From IMG/VR virus record IMGVR_UViG_3300033067_002287, positions 971 to 64,970 of that record: DNA of 64,000 bases; one strand, written 5' to 3'. The notes below the pieces were generated by a model that worked only from the letters and a program-made list of their open reading frames with translations, ran no database searches and was not told the origin of the DNA. Source of the DNA: a virus. Its lineage: Duplodnaviria > Caudoviricetes. Within the stretch, counting starts at the first letter, position 1; each line of letters opens with the position of its first letter. Below are positions 10,079 to 20,809 of the stretch, in pieces. The position numbers and the translations under genes were made by a program.

Positions 10079-11695
10079 ATGGAAAAAATAATAACATTAA
10101 AAGAAGAAGCAAAAGATAAATTGCTAAGTGGAATTAAAAAGATCAATGATGCTGTAGCAGCAACAATGGGACCGTTTGGAAGAAATATCCTAATTGAAAA
10201 AGAATTTGATCAAATCCAATCTACAAAAGACGGAATAACTGTAGCAAAAGAATTTAAATTAGAAGATCCTATAGAAAATATGGGAGCTAATGTCATTAGA
10301 AACGCTGCATCTAAAACCGTAGATATAGTAGGAGATGGAACAACTACAGCAACGGTACTGGCATATAATATTGCATCTGAGGGTTTACAACTTACTAAAA
10401 ATAGTAATGTAAATGTATCTCTTCTAAAAAGAGGTATTGAAGATGCTGTAAAAGAGATTATTGATGAAATAGCAGTAATGTCTAAATCTATAACTAGTGA
10501 TGAACAAATTTTACAAGTAGCTAAATTATCATCTAATGGAGATGAAGAAATAGCTCAACTTGTAAGAACAGCCTTAGAAAAAGTAGGTAGAGAAGGATTA
10601 GTTTCTGTTGAAGAAAGTAAAACAGGAGAAACTTCACTAGAAATAGTTGAAGGTATGCAATTTGACAGAGGATATAAATCTCCATTCTTTGTAACAGATA
10701 ATAACAGTATGCAATGTGTACTAAATGAACCATATGTTCTTATCCTAGAAAAAAGAATAAATCAAGTTAAAGATTTGCTACCTATTTTAGAATATGTTTC
10801 TCAGCAAAATAAATCATTACTTCTTATTGCAGAAGATATAGATGGTGAAGCATTAGCAACTCTTATTGTGAATAAAATGAGAGGTATATTAAAAGTATGT
10901 GCTGTTAAAGCTCCTGAATTTGGAGAAAGAAGAACACTTATGATGGAAGATATTGCTATTCTAACAGGTGGTTCACTAGTGTCATCAGATAAAGGAATGA
11001 GATTAGATAAATTTGATTCACAATGGTTGGGTCAAGCAAGAACCGTTACAGTTGGTAAAGAAACAACAACTATTGTTGATGGTGGTGGAGATAAAGATAA
11101 AATAAAAGAAAGAATAGAAAATTTGAAAAATCAAATAGATTTATCTGTTTCTCCATATGAAAATGAAAAATTACAAGAACGTCTAGCTAAACTAGTTGGA
11201 GGAGTAGCCATCATTAACGTTGGAGGTTCTAACGAAATAGAAATTAAAGAAAAGAAAGATAGATTAGATGATGCTCTTCAAGCTACAAAAGCTGCTCTAG
11301 AAGAAGGTGTAGTCCCAGGTGCAGGTGTAGCTCTTACCAATGCCAGAAGAAAAATTAAATTTAATAGAGATAATGATGACTACAATAAAGGTAAAAAAAT
11401 AGTGTGGAAAGCGGTTATTCAACCACTTGAAACTATTATTAATAATTCTGGTGAATCAAAATTTTCATATTTAGCTGCTTTAGCTAGAACTAAAAATTAT
11501 AATTTAGTTCCTAAACTTGGAACTGGTAAATTAGTAGATTGCTTTAAAGCAGGTATTTTAGATCCTACTAAAGTTGTAAGAGTTGCATTGCAAAATGCAT
11601 CATCAGCTGCTGTAATGATTATTTTAACAGAAGGAACAATCTCAATTAAAAAAGAACATAAAAAAAGTCTACCTAACTTAGATGAAAACTATTAA
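10079..11695 (+). CDS. groEL: Chaperonin GroEL
   Basis: TMGPFGRN, TKDG, GDGTTTATVLA, EGMQFDRGY, EKLQERLAKL, GILDPTKV. Confidence 0.97.
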   Translation: MEKIITLKEEAKDKLLSGIKKINDAVAATMGPFGRNILIEKEFDQIQSTKDGITVAKEFKLEDPIENMGANVIRNAASKTVDIVGDGTTTATVLAYNIASEGLQLTKNSNVNVSLLKRGIEDAVKEIIDEIAVMSKSITSDEQILQVAKLSSNGDEEIAQLVRTALEKVGREGLVSVEESKTGETSLEIVEGMQFDRGYKSPFFVTDNNSMQCVLNEPYVLILEKRINQVKDLLPILEYVSQQNKSLLLIAEDIDGEALATLIVNKMRGILKVCAVKAPEFGERRTLMMEDIAILTGGSLVSSDKGMRLDKFDSQWLGQARTVTVGKETTTIVDGGGDKDKIKERIENLKNQIDLSVSPYENEKLQERLAKLVGGVAIINVGGSNEIEIKEKKDRLDDALQATKAALEEGVVPGAGVALTNARRKIKFNRDNDDYNKGKKIVWKAVIQPLETIINNSGESKFSYLAALARTKNYNLVPKLGTGKLVDCFKAGILDPTKVVRVALQNASSAAVMIILTEGTISIKKEHKKSLPNLDENY

Positions 11696-11871
11696 AGGTA
11701 AAAAAACTATAATCTTAGATTGGAGAACCATCTCTACAAGTAGGAAATTTATTACTTATTTTGGATATGGTACATATGTTCGTATTATACTAAATATATC
11801 ATCTATAGTTAAGGATGTGCACTCATTTAAAAAAACAAGAAATTTTATATTTAAATTAAAAAATAAAACAA

Positions 11872-12078
11872 ATGAAACAAAAACTATTCCAATATGCCGT
11901 GATTTGGCATCCAAACGACGCTCAATTAAAAGAAGGCCAAAAATCAAAAATTCTAGTGAATTTAGACACATTACTAGCCAATGATCAAAATGCTGCATTT
12001 TTAGCAGCTGCTCGAAAAATCCCAGAAACATATAGTGAATCACTAGATCAAGTAGAAATTGCTATCCGCCCTTTTTAG
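11872..12078 (+). CDS. Hypothetical protein
   Basis: Clean ORF with an A-rich leader. Confidence 0.6.
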   Translation: MKQKLFQYAVIWHPNDAQLKEGQKSKILVNLDTLLANDQNAAFLAAARKIPETYSESLDQVEIAIRPF

Positions 12079-12291
12079 GAGGGGTGGGGAGTAAAGTCTT
12101 ATTAAATGAAGTTGCCGTACCTAATAAAACTATTACAGTCTCACCCGGATATAATTTTTTATATAATGATTTACCAAATTCCTATGGAATAAGTAGTGGC
12201 ACTGCAACCAATACTAATATTCTTAATGCATCTACTACTGGTACATCTACTTATATGAATGCTAGTAGTATTTTAAATAAAAAAGCTTAAA

Positions 12292-13197
12292 ATGAAACAA
12301 CATACATTGTGGGTAGAAAAATATAGACCATCTACATTAGAAAACTATATTAGTAATGATCCTATAAAAGAAAGAATGGAACACATTATAAAAAGTAATG
12401 ATATTCCTAATTTACTTCTAATAGGAGCACCTGGTATAGGTAAAACTACACTAGCTAAAATTATAGTTAACAATACTAAATGTGATTATCTTTATCTAAA
12501 TGCTAGTGATGAAAATGGTATAGAAATGATTAGAGAAAAGGTAAAAGGATTTGCCTCGTCTTCAAGTTTTAATCCATTAAAAGTCATCATCTTAGATGAA
12601 GCAGATTTTCTTACACAACCAGCGCAAGCTGCTTTGCGTAACTTAATAGAAGAATATTCTCTAAGTACACGTTTTATACTTACATGTAATTATGTTGAAA
12701 AAATTATAGAACCCCTACAATCTAGATGTGAGATTCATAAATTAGAATCTCCATCTAAAGGGGTAATTGCTAGACATATTTCTTCTCTTCTTATCAAAGA
12801 AAAAATAGCCTTCGATAATAAAGATTTAGTACAACTAATTAATAATTACTACCCTGATATTAGATCAATTTTAATTAAAACTCAATCTCTTATCAAAGAT
12901 AGTAAGTTTGTTTGGTCTGAAAAAGATAATAATTGGTTAATTAAATTAGTAGAAACGCTTAAAAAACGAGATAATCGAGCTTGGTACGATATTAGACAAT
13001 TAGTAGCTAACAGTGAAATCGTTGATTTTCAAACAGCTTATAGACATTTGTTTGATAAATTAGAAGAATTTTCAAACGGTCACGATGCCGAAATATCAAT
13101 AATATTAGACGAATTCTCGTGGAGAGCTAATGTTGTACCAGATAAAGAAATTAATTTTGCTGCAGCTATTGCAAAAATATTAGAAACTATAAAATAA
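12292..13197 (+). CDS. Clamp loader AAA+ subunit (RFC / T4 gp44-like)
   Basis: LWVEKYRP, GAPGIGKTT, LNASDE, ILDEAD, LQSRC. Confidence 0.94.
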   Translation: MKQHTLWVEKYRPSTLENYISNDPIKERMEHIIKSNDIPNLLLIGAPGIGKTTLAKIIVNNTKCDYLYLNASDENGIEMIREKVKGFASSSSFNPLKVIILDEADFLTQPAQAALRNLIEEYSLSTRFILTCNYVEKIIEPLQSRCEIHKLESPSKGVIARHISSLLIKEKIAFDNKDLVQLINNYYPDIRSILIKTQSLIKDSKFVWSEKDNNWLIKLVETLKKRDNRAWYDIRQLVANSEIVDFQTAYRHLFDKLEEFSNGHDAEISIILDEFSWRANVVPDKEINFAAAIAKILETIK

Positions 13198-13203
13198 AAA
13201 TAT

Positions 13204-13569
13204 ATGAAAAAAGTATTAGTAAAATGGTCAGATAACTGGGCGGATGAAATGGATGTGGAAGGATTTGTAATCTTAGAAAAAGAAGAATGGGAATCCACTA
13301 AAAAAAGAATATTATCTATAAAAGAAGAATTTACAATGTATATAGGCACCAACGAAGAAATTGAGTATGCAAACGGTAAAGATTTTCTAACAAATATAGA
13401 AGTAAAATCTCTTTCCCCAGATGAAGAAAAAATAATTAATAAATTTTTTGGAGATAGTGGTGGATTTTATAATTTTCTAGATGTATATGGTAATGATGAA
13501 GAAGATGAAGATGAAGATGAAGAAATAACACCTACAATAATACCTTTTACAACTGGGGAAAAATTTTAA
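13204..13569 (+). CDS. Acidic hypothetical protein
   Basis: ORF in the operon; WADEMD motif. Confidence 0.6.
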   Translation: MKKVLVKWSDNWADEMDVEGFVILEKEEWESTKKRILSIKEEFTMYIGTNEEIEYANGKDFLTNIEVKSLSPDEEKIINKFFGDSGGFYNFLDVYGNDEEDEDEDEEITPTIIPFTTGEKF

Positions 13570-13579
13570 TTTAGGAAAA

Positions 13580-13813
13580 ATGGAATTTAAAACATTAAAC
13601 GTATTTGTTATATCATATTGTGATATACCCGAAGAAATAACTGATACCCACCCTGCCTTAAAAGAAGTTAGTTGTGGAGTATAATATCCATTATATGTTC
13701 TTTCCAAAGAAGAACAGAAAAAATATTCTGATGATTTTACATTAACAAATTGGATAATTGAAAATTTTCCCGAATTAGAAGGAAAATCAATACTAATTGA
13801 TATAGATTATTAA
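13580..13813 (+). pseudogene. Small ORF interrupted by one in-frame TAA (13682-13684)
   Basis: MEFKTLNVFV...SCGV*YPLYV...IDIDY* fills the gap between neighbouring genes in a single frame. Confidence 0.5.
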
Positions 13814-13824
13814 AAATAAAAGTT

Positions 13825-14049
13825 ATGGAACAACCGAGAATAGCATTAGATAAAACAACAGCAATGACTTGTGACGAATGTGGTCACGAAGTATTTATAG
13901 AAGGTGTAATGCTTAGAAGAGCCTCAAGATTTATAACAGGAACATCACAAGATGCTATCATTCCTGTAGATGTTTTTTCATGTGCAAAATGTGGGCATGT
14001 CAATAAAGGATTTTTACCTTTAGGGATGTCTCCTAAAAAAGAAGGATAA
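13825..14049 (+). CDS. Zinc-ribbon protein
   Basis: CDECG...CAKCG. Confidence 0.7.
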   Translation: MEQPRIALDKTTAMTCDECGHEVFIEGVMLRRASRFITGTSQDAIIPVDVFSCAKCGHVNKGFLPLGMSPKKEG

Positions 14050-14051
14050 AT

Positions 14052-14432
14052 ATGGCAATAACAATTTTTGATCACCTAAAAAATATTACTATACAAAAAG
14101 GTAACTTCTTAGGAGAAGAAAACTGGTCTAATTGGATGATTAATAGATTTCTATCTATGGATCCTGATTACTGTGAAGTGGTTAACTTCGTACAAAAGAA
14201 CACATTTCAAATGACCCCAGAACATCTTTATAACCTTTATAGAGATTTAATACCCAAAAGATATATATTTTTGAAGTATATTAAAAATCAATCGAAAAAA
14301 GAATATCCTGAAGAAGATATTCTATCAATATCTTCATATTTTGAAATCTCTCAAAGAGAGGCTAAAGATTACTATAATTTATTATCTAAAGACGAAATAG
14401 AAAATATAAAATTCCAAATTAATGGAAAATAA
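14052..14432 (+). CDS. Clamp loader small subunit (T4 gp62-like)
   Basis: IFDHLKNI, MINRFLS, YFEISQREAKDYY pattern. Confidence 0.7.
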   Translation: MAITIFDHLKNITIQKGNFLGEENWSNWMINRFLSMDPDYCEVVNFVQKNTFQMTPEHLYNLYRDLIPKRYIFLKYIKNQSKKEYPEEDILSISSYFEISQREAKDYYNLLSKDEIENIKFQINGK

Positions 14433-14685
14433 TTTTGACCAAAAGGTATTTAATGAATTAAATAAAATTCATTCTATGCTTTTAGAAAAAAATAGAAAAT
14501 ATGGAGATGCTGCACTAAATCCTCTTAGAATATTTTCTAACCAAAATAGTTTAGAACAACTAAAGGTAAGAATTGATGATAAATTAAGTCGAATTAAAAA
14601 TCAACAACTTGACGAAGATGAAGATGCTATAGATGACCTAATAGGATATTTAATATTGTATAAAATAGCCAAAAATGAATGTTAA
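14422..14685 (+). CDS. Nucleotide modification-associated domain 1 (DUF1599-like) protein
   Basis: KNRKYG, RIDDKLSRI, DLIGY. Confidence 0.75.
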   Translation: MENNFDQKVFNELNKIHSMLLEKNRKYGDAALNPLRIFSNQNSLEQLKVRIDDKLSRIKNQQLDEDEDAIDDLIGYLILYKIAKNEC

Positions 14686-14887
14686 TAAAAAGGTTAAAAT
14701 AAGAACACCTGTTATATTACCTGAATGGATGGGAATTTTCTATAATAAAAAACATAGCAGGTATTTTTCAATGTTAATGTTAACATTACGCGAACATCGT
14801 AATGCTAGATTTATTTTTAAAAATAGATCAAAATTTTCTAAGTCTAATAAGAATTATTTTCTTAAAATTGATTCTAATGTTAGTTAA
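14675..14887 (+). CDS. Small basic hypothetical protein (RSKF family, 1 of 3)
   Basis: TPV...HR...FKNRSKFSK. Confidence 0.45.
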   Translation: MNVNKKVKIRTPVILPEWMGIFYNKKHSRYFSMLMLTLREHRNARFIFKNRSKFSKSNKNYFLKIDSNVS

Positions 14888-15083
14888 GCAAAAACGTGTT
14901 ACGCTAAAAACACCTGTTTATATGCGGGTTTATAAAAAGCCTAAAATGTTGAAATATAAATATTATATCTTTATGGAGTATTCTTTACATAAACATCGTA
15001 GTATTAGACGACAATTTAAAAATAGATCAAAATTTTCTAAACGAAATGAACACATCCATTATATCGGTTACGATCATGTATGA
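14877..15083 (+). CDS. Small basic hypothetical protein (RSKF family, 2 of 3)
   Basis: TPV...HR...FKNRSKFSK; DNA repeat TTTAAAAATAGATCAAAATTTTCTAA shared with the previous ORF. Confidence 0.45.
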   Translation: MLVKQKRVTLKTPVYMRVYKKPKMLKYKYYIFMEYSLHKHRSIRRQFKNRSKFSKRNEHIHYIGYDHV

Positions 15084-15231
15084 TTCTCGTTATGGAGGCT
15101 ATTTTAAATATACTACTTCAAAAATTAAGTCCCATCAAGATGGAACGACTTTTACTATTTTGGAATCTGAATTAATTTCATTAAAAGAATGTAGAAGAAT
15201 TTTAAGAGAAAGATCTAAATTTAAAAAATAA
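15046..15231 (+). CDS. Small basic hypothetical protein (RSKF family, 3 of 3)
   Basis: C-terminal RRILRERSKFKK. Confidence 0.4.
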   Translation: MNTSIISVTIMYDSRYGGYFKYTTSKIKSHQDGTTFTILESELISLKECRRILRERSKFKK

Positions 15232-15282
15232 AGCATAATTTTCCCCTTTCTTTATATATTTATATACGTAAATACTTAAAAA

Positions 15283-15483
15283 ATGGGAAATAAAGACAAT
15301 ATTTTAACATCAGTAAAAGTTCCAGAAGCATTATTTGAAGACTTCAAGGTAGAATGTATACGAACAAAATTTAGTATACAAAAATTAACTGAAAGAGCCA
15401 TGTACCTTTATATGGTCGATGATTCTTTTAGAAAAATGTTACATAATCAGTTAAATACTTTTTACACAGGAAGTTCAAAATAA
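15283..15483 (+). CDS. Ribbon-helix-helix-like small DNA-binding protein
   Basis: LTSVKV...LFEDFK...SIQKL pattern. Confidence 0.55.
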   Translation: MGNKDNILTSVKVPEALFEDFKVECIRTKFSIQKLTERAMYLYMVDDSFRKMLHNQLNTFYTGSSK

Positions 15484-15489
15484 TATAAT

Positions 15490-16950
15490 ATGGAAGGCTA
15501 TACACCAAAAGATAAACGAAAAAAAATCCTTTTACTATGCGATGATATTCGCATGACGTCAGGTATCAGTACAATAGCAAGAGAAATAGTTATAGGTACT
15601 GCTCATAAATTTAATTGGGTAAACGTTGGAGGAGCAATAAATCATCCCGACCAAGGAAAAAGATTCGACCTAAATGAAGACACAAATAAAAGAGCTGGAA
15701 TTTCTGATTCAAGCGTAGTTTTATATCCTATATCAGGATATGGAAATGGAGTTATTTTAAGACAATTAATTCACATTGAACAACCTGATGCTATAATGTT
15801 CTTTACTGATCCCCGATATTGGGTTTGGTTATTTCAAATGGAACATGAAGTTAGGAAAAAAATTCCGATGATATATTTAAATATATGGGATGATTTACCA
15901 TATCCTATGTACAATAAATCATTTTACGAATCATGTGACACTTTATTTGCTATTTCAAAACAAACTGAAAATATAAATAGAGTTGTTTTAGGAGATAAAA
16001 TAGGTAACAAAATAATAAAATATATTCCACATGGGATTAATGAAAAAATATTTTTTCCAATTACAAAGGATATGCCTCATTATATGGCATTGGAAGAATT
16101 TAGAAATCAACTCTTTGGAGAAAAGAGATATGATTATGTTATGTTATATAATGCGCGTAATATCCGTCGTAAATCTATACCTGATTTAATGTTAGCGTGG
16201 AAAATATTTATAGATTCTCTAACCGAGGATAAAGCCGAAAAATGTGCATTTGTACTACATACTCAACCAATAGATGAAAATGGTACAGATTTATTTGCTG
16301 TAAAAGACATGCTATTTGGAAATAATAAAAAGTATAATGTTATTTTTCACAATAAAATGTCTCCCGCTGAGGAAATGAATTTATTATATAATGCAGTAGA
16401 TGTTACTGCTCTTATTTCTTCAAACGAAGGATGGGGTCTTTCATTAACAGAATCTATGATGTGTGGAAAACCCATAATTGCAAATGTAACGGGAGGAATG
16501 CAAGATCAAATGAAATTTATGGACGATAAGGGAAAATGGATAGAATTCAATGAAAAATTCTCTTCCAACCACAAGGGAAAATATAAATTACATGGACCGT
16601 GGGCATTTCCAGTATTTCCTAGTAATATTTCATTAATTGGTTCAGTTCCTACACCTTATATATATGATGATAGAGTATCTGCAGAAGATATTGCGGCTCA
16701 AATATATAATGTTTATGATAAAAAATTAAATTGTGCACCATGCTATGAAATGGCTTGTAAAGAAGCATATAATTGGGTTAATTCTGACGAATCAATGATG
16801 AATGCAACTAATATGTGTAATAATATCGTAAATGGAATAGAAGAAACTTTTAACAGATTCCAACCCAGAGAAAAATTTTCATTATCTAACATAAAACTAA
16901 AAGATCAACCTAAACATTATGTTAAACACGTTATGGCCGAAAATTACTAA
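15490..16950 (+). CDS. Glycosyltransferase family 4 (GT-B)
   Basis: IPHGI, RNIRRK, EGWGLSLTESMMCGKPII. Confidence 0.9.
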   Translation: MEGYTPKDKRKKILLLCDDIRMTSGISTIAREIVIGTAHKFNWVNVGGAINHPDQGKRFDLNEDTNKRAGISDSSVVLYPISGYGNGVILRQLIHIEQPDAIMFFTDPRYWVWLFQMEHEVRKKIPMIYLNIWDDLPYPMYNKSFYESCDTLFAISKQTENINRVVLGDKIGNKIIKYIPHGINEKIFFPITKDMPHYMALEEFRNQLFGEKRYDYVMLYNARNIRRKSIPDLMLAWKIFIDSLTEDKAEKCAFVLHTQPIDENGTDLFAVKDMLFGNNKKYNVIFHNKMSPAEEMNLLYNAVDVTALISSNEGWGLSLTESMMCGKPIIANVTGGMQDQMKFMDDKGKWIEFNEKFSSNHKGKYKLHGPWAFPVFPSNISLIGSVPTPYIYDDRVSAEDIAAQIYNVYDKKLNCAPCYEMACKEAYNWVNSDESMMNATNMCNNIVNGIEETFNRFQPREKFSLSNIKLKDQPKHYVKHVMAENY

Positions 16951-17070
16951 CCCTCCATTTGTATATAGAAAGTATGATTTTAGAAAATTATTACGAAGAA
17001 TACATAGACTGAAAACTATTTCAAAATTTAGAAATAAGATTAGAAAAAATAAAAAAATATATTCAATAAA

Positions 17071-18369
17071 ATGAAACCCTTATTAATAATAAGTTGTCCT
17101 CTAGATACATTTAGCGGCTACGGAGCTCGCTCAAGAGATATTGTTAAAGTATTAATTAAGTCCGAAAAATATGATGTAAAAATATTTTCCCAAATGTGGG
17201 GTAATACACCATTCGGTTTTTTAAAGGCAGATAATGAAGATCACAAACAAATGCTAGATAGAATTATAACTGATCCTCAGTTACCCCGTCAACCAGATGT
17301 TTGGATTCAAATAACAGTTCCAAATGAATTCCAAGCTATTGGTAAATTTAATATTGGAATAACAGCAGGTATAGAAACTACAGTATGCGCTCCTCAATGG
17401 ATTGAAGGATGTAATAGAATGAATCTAACTTTAGTATCATCTCATCATTCAAAGAAAGTTTTTGAAGATTCTAAATTTGAACAGAGAGATAATAATAGTG
17501 GACAAGTTATAAAAATAATTAAACTTGAAAAACCTATTGATATTTTATTTGAAGGAGTTGATGTAGAAACATATTTGCCCTCTTCTTTAGGCGAAAAATC
17601 TTTAGTATCTTCAACACTAGAAAATATAAAAGAAGAATTTTGTTTCCTATTTGTAGGACACTGGTTACAAGGTGAAATAGGACAAGATAGAAAAGATGTA
17701 GGAATGCTTGTAAAAGTATTTTTAGAAACATTTAAAAATAAGAAACATAAACCTGCTCTTATATTAAAAACTAATGGCGCTACATATTCTATTTTAGATA
17801 AAAATGAAATAGAAGAAAAAATTCAACAAATCCAACAATCTGTTAAAGGAGTATTACCTGAAGTATATCTACTTCATGGAGAATTAACAGACTTAGAGAT
17901 GAGTGAATTATATAATCATCCTAAAGTTAAATCTTTTGTATCACTAACAAAAGGAGAGGGGTATGGACGACCATTATTAGAATTTTCCTTATCTCAAAAA
18001 CCTATAATAGCGAGTGGATGGAGTGGTCATTTAGATTTTCTGCATAATGAATATAATACATTATTATCTGGAAAATTGACTCAATTACATCCTAGTGCTG
18101 TTGTGAAAGATATGTTACTAGCAGAATCTAGTTGGTTTACAGTAGACTATAAAAAGGTGTCAGAAACTTTAGAAGATGTTTATAAAAATTATAAACAATA
18201 TCAAGAAAAAGCAAAACGTCAAGCATATTATGCTAAAACGAATTTTTCTTTAGAAAAAATGGGTGAAAGGCTAATATCAATTTTAGATAGTAAAATTCCT
18301 AAATTTGTCCCTATTGTAATACCAACATTTAAGAAAATGGGAGATTTACCTAAGTTAAAAAAAGTATGA
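17071..18369 (+). CDS. Glycosyltransferase family 4 (GT-B)
   Basis: SGYG, RKDVG, GEGYGRPLLEF, PIIASGWSGH. Confidence 0.88.
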   Translation: MKPLLIISCPLDTFSGYGARSRDIVKVLIKSEKYDVKIFSQMWGNTPFGFLKADNEDHKQMLDRIITDPQLPRQPDVWIQITVPNEFQAIGKFNIGITAGIETTVCAPQWIEGCNRMNLTLVSSHHSKKVFEDSKFEQRDNNSGQVIKIIKLEKPIDILFEGVDVETYLPSSLGEKSLVSSTLENIKEEFCFLFVGHWLQGEIGQDRKDVGMLVKVFLETFKNKKHKPALILKTNGATYSILDKNEIEEKIQQIQQSVKGVLPEVYLLHGELTDLEMSELYNHPKVKSFVSLTKGEGYGRPLLEFSLSQKPIIASGWSGHLDFLHNEYNTLLSGKLTQLHPSAVVKDMLLAESSWFTVDYKKVSETLEDVYKNYKQYQEKAKRQAYYAKTNFSLEKMGERLISILDSKIPKFVPIVIPTFKKMGDLPKLKKV

Positions 18370-18589
18370 AATTAAAACTAAGAAGAAATCTTAAAATGAT
18401 TATACTTGTATCAAAACTTAATAGGGGACACCTAAATTTTAAGAGAATTTTAGTACGTAAATCCTATTTAAATATTAAATTCACTAGATGGTATAATCCT
18501 TTCTCTTCAACAGCACATAAAGAATTATTTTATGAATTATCAAAAGATTTTAATATAAATAAATTTAAATTAAAAAATATTGTTAAAAA

Positions 18590-19000
18590 ATGGAAGAAAC
18601 ATTAATTATATGCCCACGTTGTGGATCAAATGCGTGTGCTGAAATTATTTCAGTTCACGGTAAATATTGGACATGCTATGGATGCGGATTCTATAGTAGT
18701 GAAAATTCTACAAAAAATGAATCTTTACCCGAACTTTATAAAGATTTAGAATGGGTAGACGATAAAAATAATGTATGGTACCCTTCAGTAATTAATATTC
18801 CCGAAAAAGGAATGGTATTTGCAGAAGGTACATCAACCAAAGATTGGCAATGGTCTGCTATTAAAGCAACTAAAATTAAAAAATCAGAAAAAGATAAATT
18901 TCCTAAAGATCAAACTCACAAAATGGATATGTCTAAGAAAAAAACGTATCTTGAAAAAGATTTTATGGAAGCATTAGATTATATAAATTTTTTTGAGTAA
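18590..19000 (+). CDS. Zinc-ribbon hypothetical protein
   Basis: CPRCGS...CYGCG. Confidence 0.65.
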   Translation: MEETLIICPRCGSNACAEIISVHGKYWTCYGCGFYSSENSTKNESLPELYKDLEWVDDKNNVWYPSVINIPEKGMVFAEGTSTKDWQWSAIKATKIKKSEKDKFPKDQTHKMDMSKKKTYLEKDFMEALDYINFFE

Positions 19001-19584
19001 TGAATTTTATCCAAATTGGTGGTCATAATGCAAATGATCACGTTTTTGAAAAAGTAAAAGATTTTGATATAGAATTAGGGGTTATTATTGAACCTCTTTC
19101 TTGGTTAAATAATCAAATTAGAGATTGTTATAAAGATAAGTCAAATATTTTTATTGAAAATATAGCTATTATGCCTGATGATAGACAAAATAGTGTTGAT
19201 TTTTATCACTATGATAATGATTCAAATTTTGAAGTATCATCTGTTAATAAAGACCATGTTGTAAAAGTAGGTTTACTTGATGACAATCAAATTAAAACAA
19301 TTAAAGTCCCTACTTCTACACTAGAAAATATCCTAGAAAAATATTCAATTAAAGAATTAGATTGGCTTTTTATAGATGCTGAGGGATTAGATATACCAAT
19401 ACTAATGAGTATAGATTATTCTGATTATAATATTAAAAATATAATTTTTGAACACTATCATGCAGGTGGTCCTAACGTATCTAAAGGTTCTGCATACGAT
19501 AATGCGTGTTCATATTTAAGAGCTTTTGGATATTCTATTAAGGATTATGATTCACTAAATACATTAGCAACATATGACAATTAG
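19000..19584 (+). CDS. FkbM-family methyltransferase
   Basis: FIQIGG, IEP, IDAEGLD, IIFE. Confidence 0.85.
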   Translation: MNFIQIGGHNANDHVFEKVKDFDIELGVIIEPLSWLNNQIRDCYKDKSNIFIENIAIMPDDRQNSVDFYHYDNDSNFEVSSVNKDHVVKVGLLDDNQIKTIKVPTSTLENILEKYSIKELDWLFIDAEGLDIPILMSIDYSDYNIKNIIFEHYHAGGPNVSKGSAYDNACSYLRAFGYSIKDYDSLNTLATYDN

Positions 19585-20185
19585 TTATGCAATTACAGCC
19601 TCTACAGAGGCTACTGAACTTGAAAGATTACTCAACCAGTTATTACCTTTTCTAAAAGAAGAAGATGAAGTAATAATTCAAATAGATTCAGATAACAATA
19701 ATGAAGAAACAATTCAAGTAGCTGCAAATTCTGGATGTAAATTTCATTTTTATTCTTTGAATAAAGATTTTGCATCATTTAAAAACCATTTATTAAAACA
19801 ATGTACTAAAGAATATATATTCTTTATAGATGCTGATGAATATTTAGGAGAATTTCTATTAGAACACTTAAAATCAGTACTCGAAATAAATTCGGATATA
19901 GAATGCATGGTTGTACCTAGAGTTAATAAAGTTGAAGGAATAACATACGGTCATATAAAAAAATGGGGTTGGTCTCTAGATATGGAGAATAGGATAAATT
20001 TTCCTGATTATCAAACTAGAATTTGTAAAAATAATTCTGAAATACATTGGGTTAATAAGGTTCATGAACGCCTTGAAGGATATAAAACAATAAGTAATAT
20101 TCCTGATTCTAATGAATGGGCTTTGCAGCACATCAAAACAATTGAAAAACAAGAAAAACAAAACGCATTATATGAAAGCATATAA
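19574..20185 (+). CDS. Glycosyltransferase family 2
   Basis: ISYAIT, FFIDADE (DxD), FPDYQTR, VHE. Confidence 0.85.
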   Translation: MTISYAITASTEATELERLLNQLLPFLKEEDEVIIQIDSDNNNEETIQVAANSGCKFHFYSLNKDFASFKNHLLKQCTKEYIFFIDADEYLGEFLLEHLKSVLEINSDIECMVVPRVNKVEGITYGHIKKWGWSLDMENRINFPDYQTRICKNNSEIHWVNKVHERLEGYKTISNIPDSNEWALQHIKTIEKQEKQNALYESI

Positions 20186-20804
20186 AATACAATATGATAC
20201 AGAAAAATATACATTTAGAGAAAATATAGGATTTATGATGGATTCTGTATTCATTTTGGAAAAATTACACAAAGATTTAGACTATGATCTCTTAGAAAGA
20301 TCTAAAGACCAAAGTACTATTTGGCATAAAAGATATTATAGAAAATTTGAAGAATTTCAACCTTTGTATACTGAATTTATAAAAGAAGTTATTAAACCCC
20401 ACTTTAAATTTAAAGAAATTATATATCAAAAAATACCAACTTTTAGAGTTCATTTAGTAAATAATTTAGGAGTTGGTGAATGGCATAAAGATAAAACATA
20501 TAATCATGGCGTAACTGAAATAAACTGTTGGATGCCCTTTACTGATGCTTATGATACCAATACTATTTGGTTAGAATCAAAAGAGGATAAAGGAGATTTT
20601 AAACCTCAAACAGTTATATATGGTGAAGTATTAATTTTTGATGGGGCTAATCTTATGCATGGTAATAAAATTAATAAAACGTCTAATACCAGAGTATCTG
20701 TAGATTTTAGAGTAGTAAACCCTAAAAACTTTATCCCTAATGAAGCTGGTTCAATAAATACTGGTACTAAATTTGATATTGGGGGTTATTTTGATAAAAT
20801 ATAA
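20172..20804 (+). CDS. 2OG-Fe(II) oxygenase-like protein
   Basis: WHKD (HxD), INCWMP, HGN, RVSVDFR; likely start ATG 20172. Confidence 0.75.
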   Translation: MKAYKIQYDTEKYTFRENIGFMMDSVFILEKLHKDLDYDLLERSKDQSTIWHKRYYRKFEEFQPLYTEFIKEVIKPHFKFKEIIYQKIPTFRVHLVNNLGVGEWHKDKTYNHGVTEINCWMPFTDAYDTNTIWLESKEDKGDFKPQTVIYGEVLIFDGANLMHGNKINKTSNTRVSVDFRVVNPKNFIPNEAGSINTGTKFDIGGYFDKI

Positions 20805-20809
20805 AAATT

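Noticed and set aside
13494-13524. GATGAA-type short tandem repeats (similar GAT run near 59166)
   Set aside because: They simply encode acidic low-complexity tracts.
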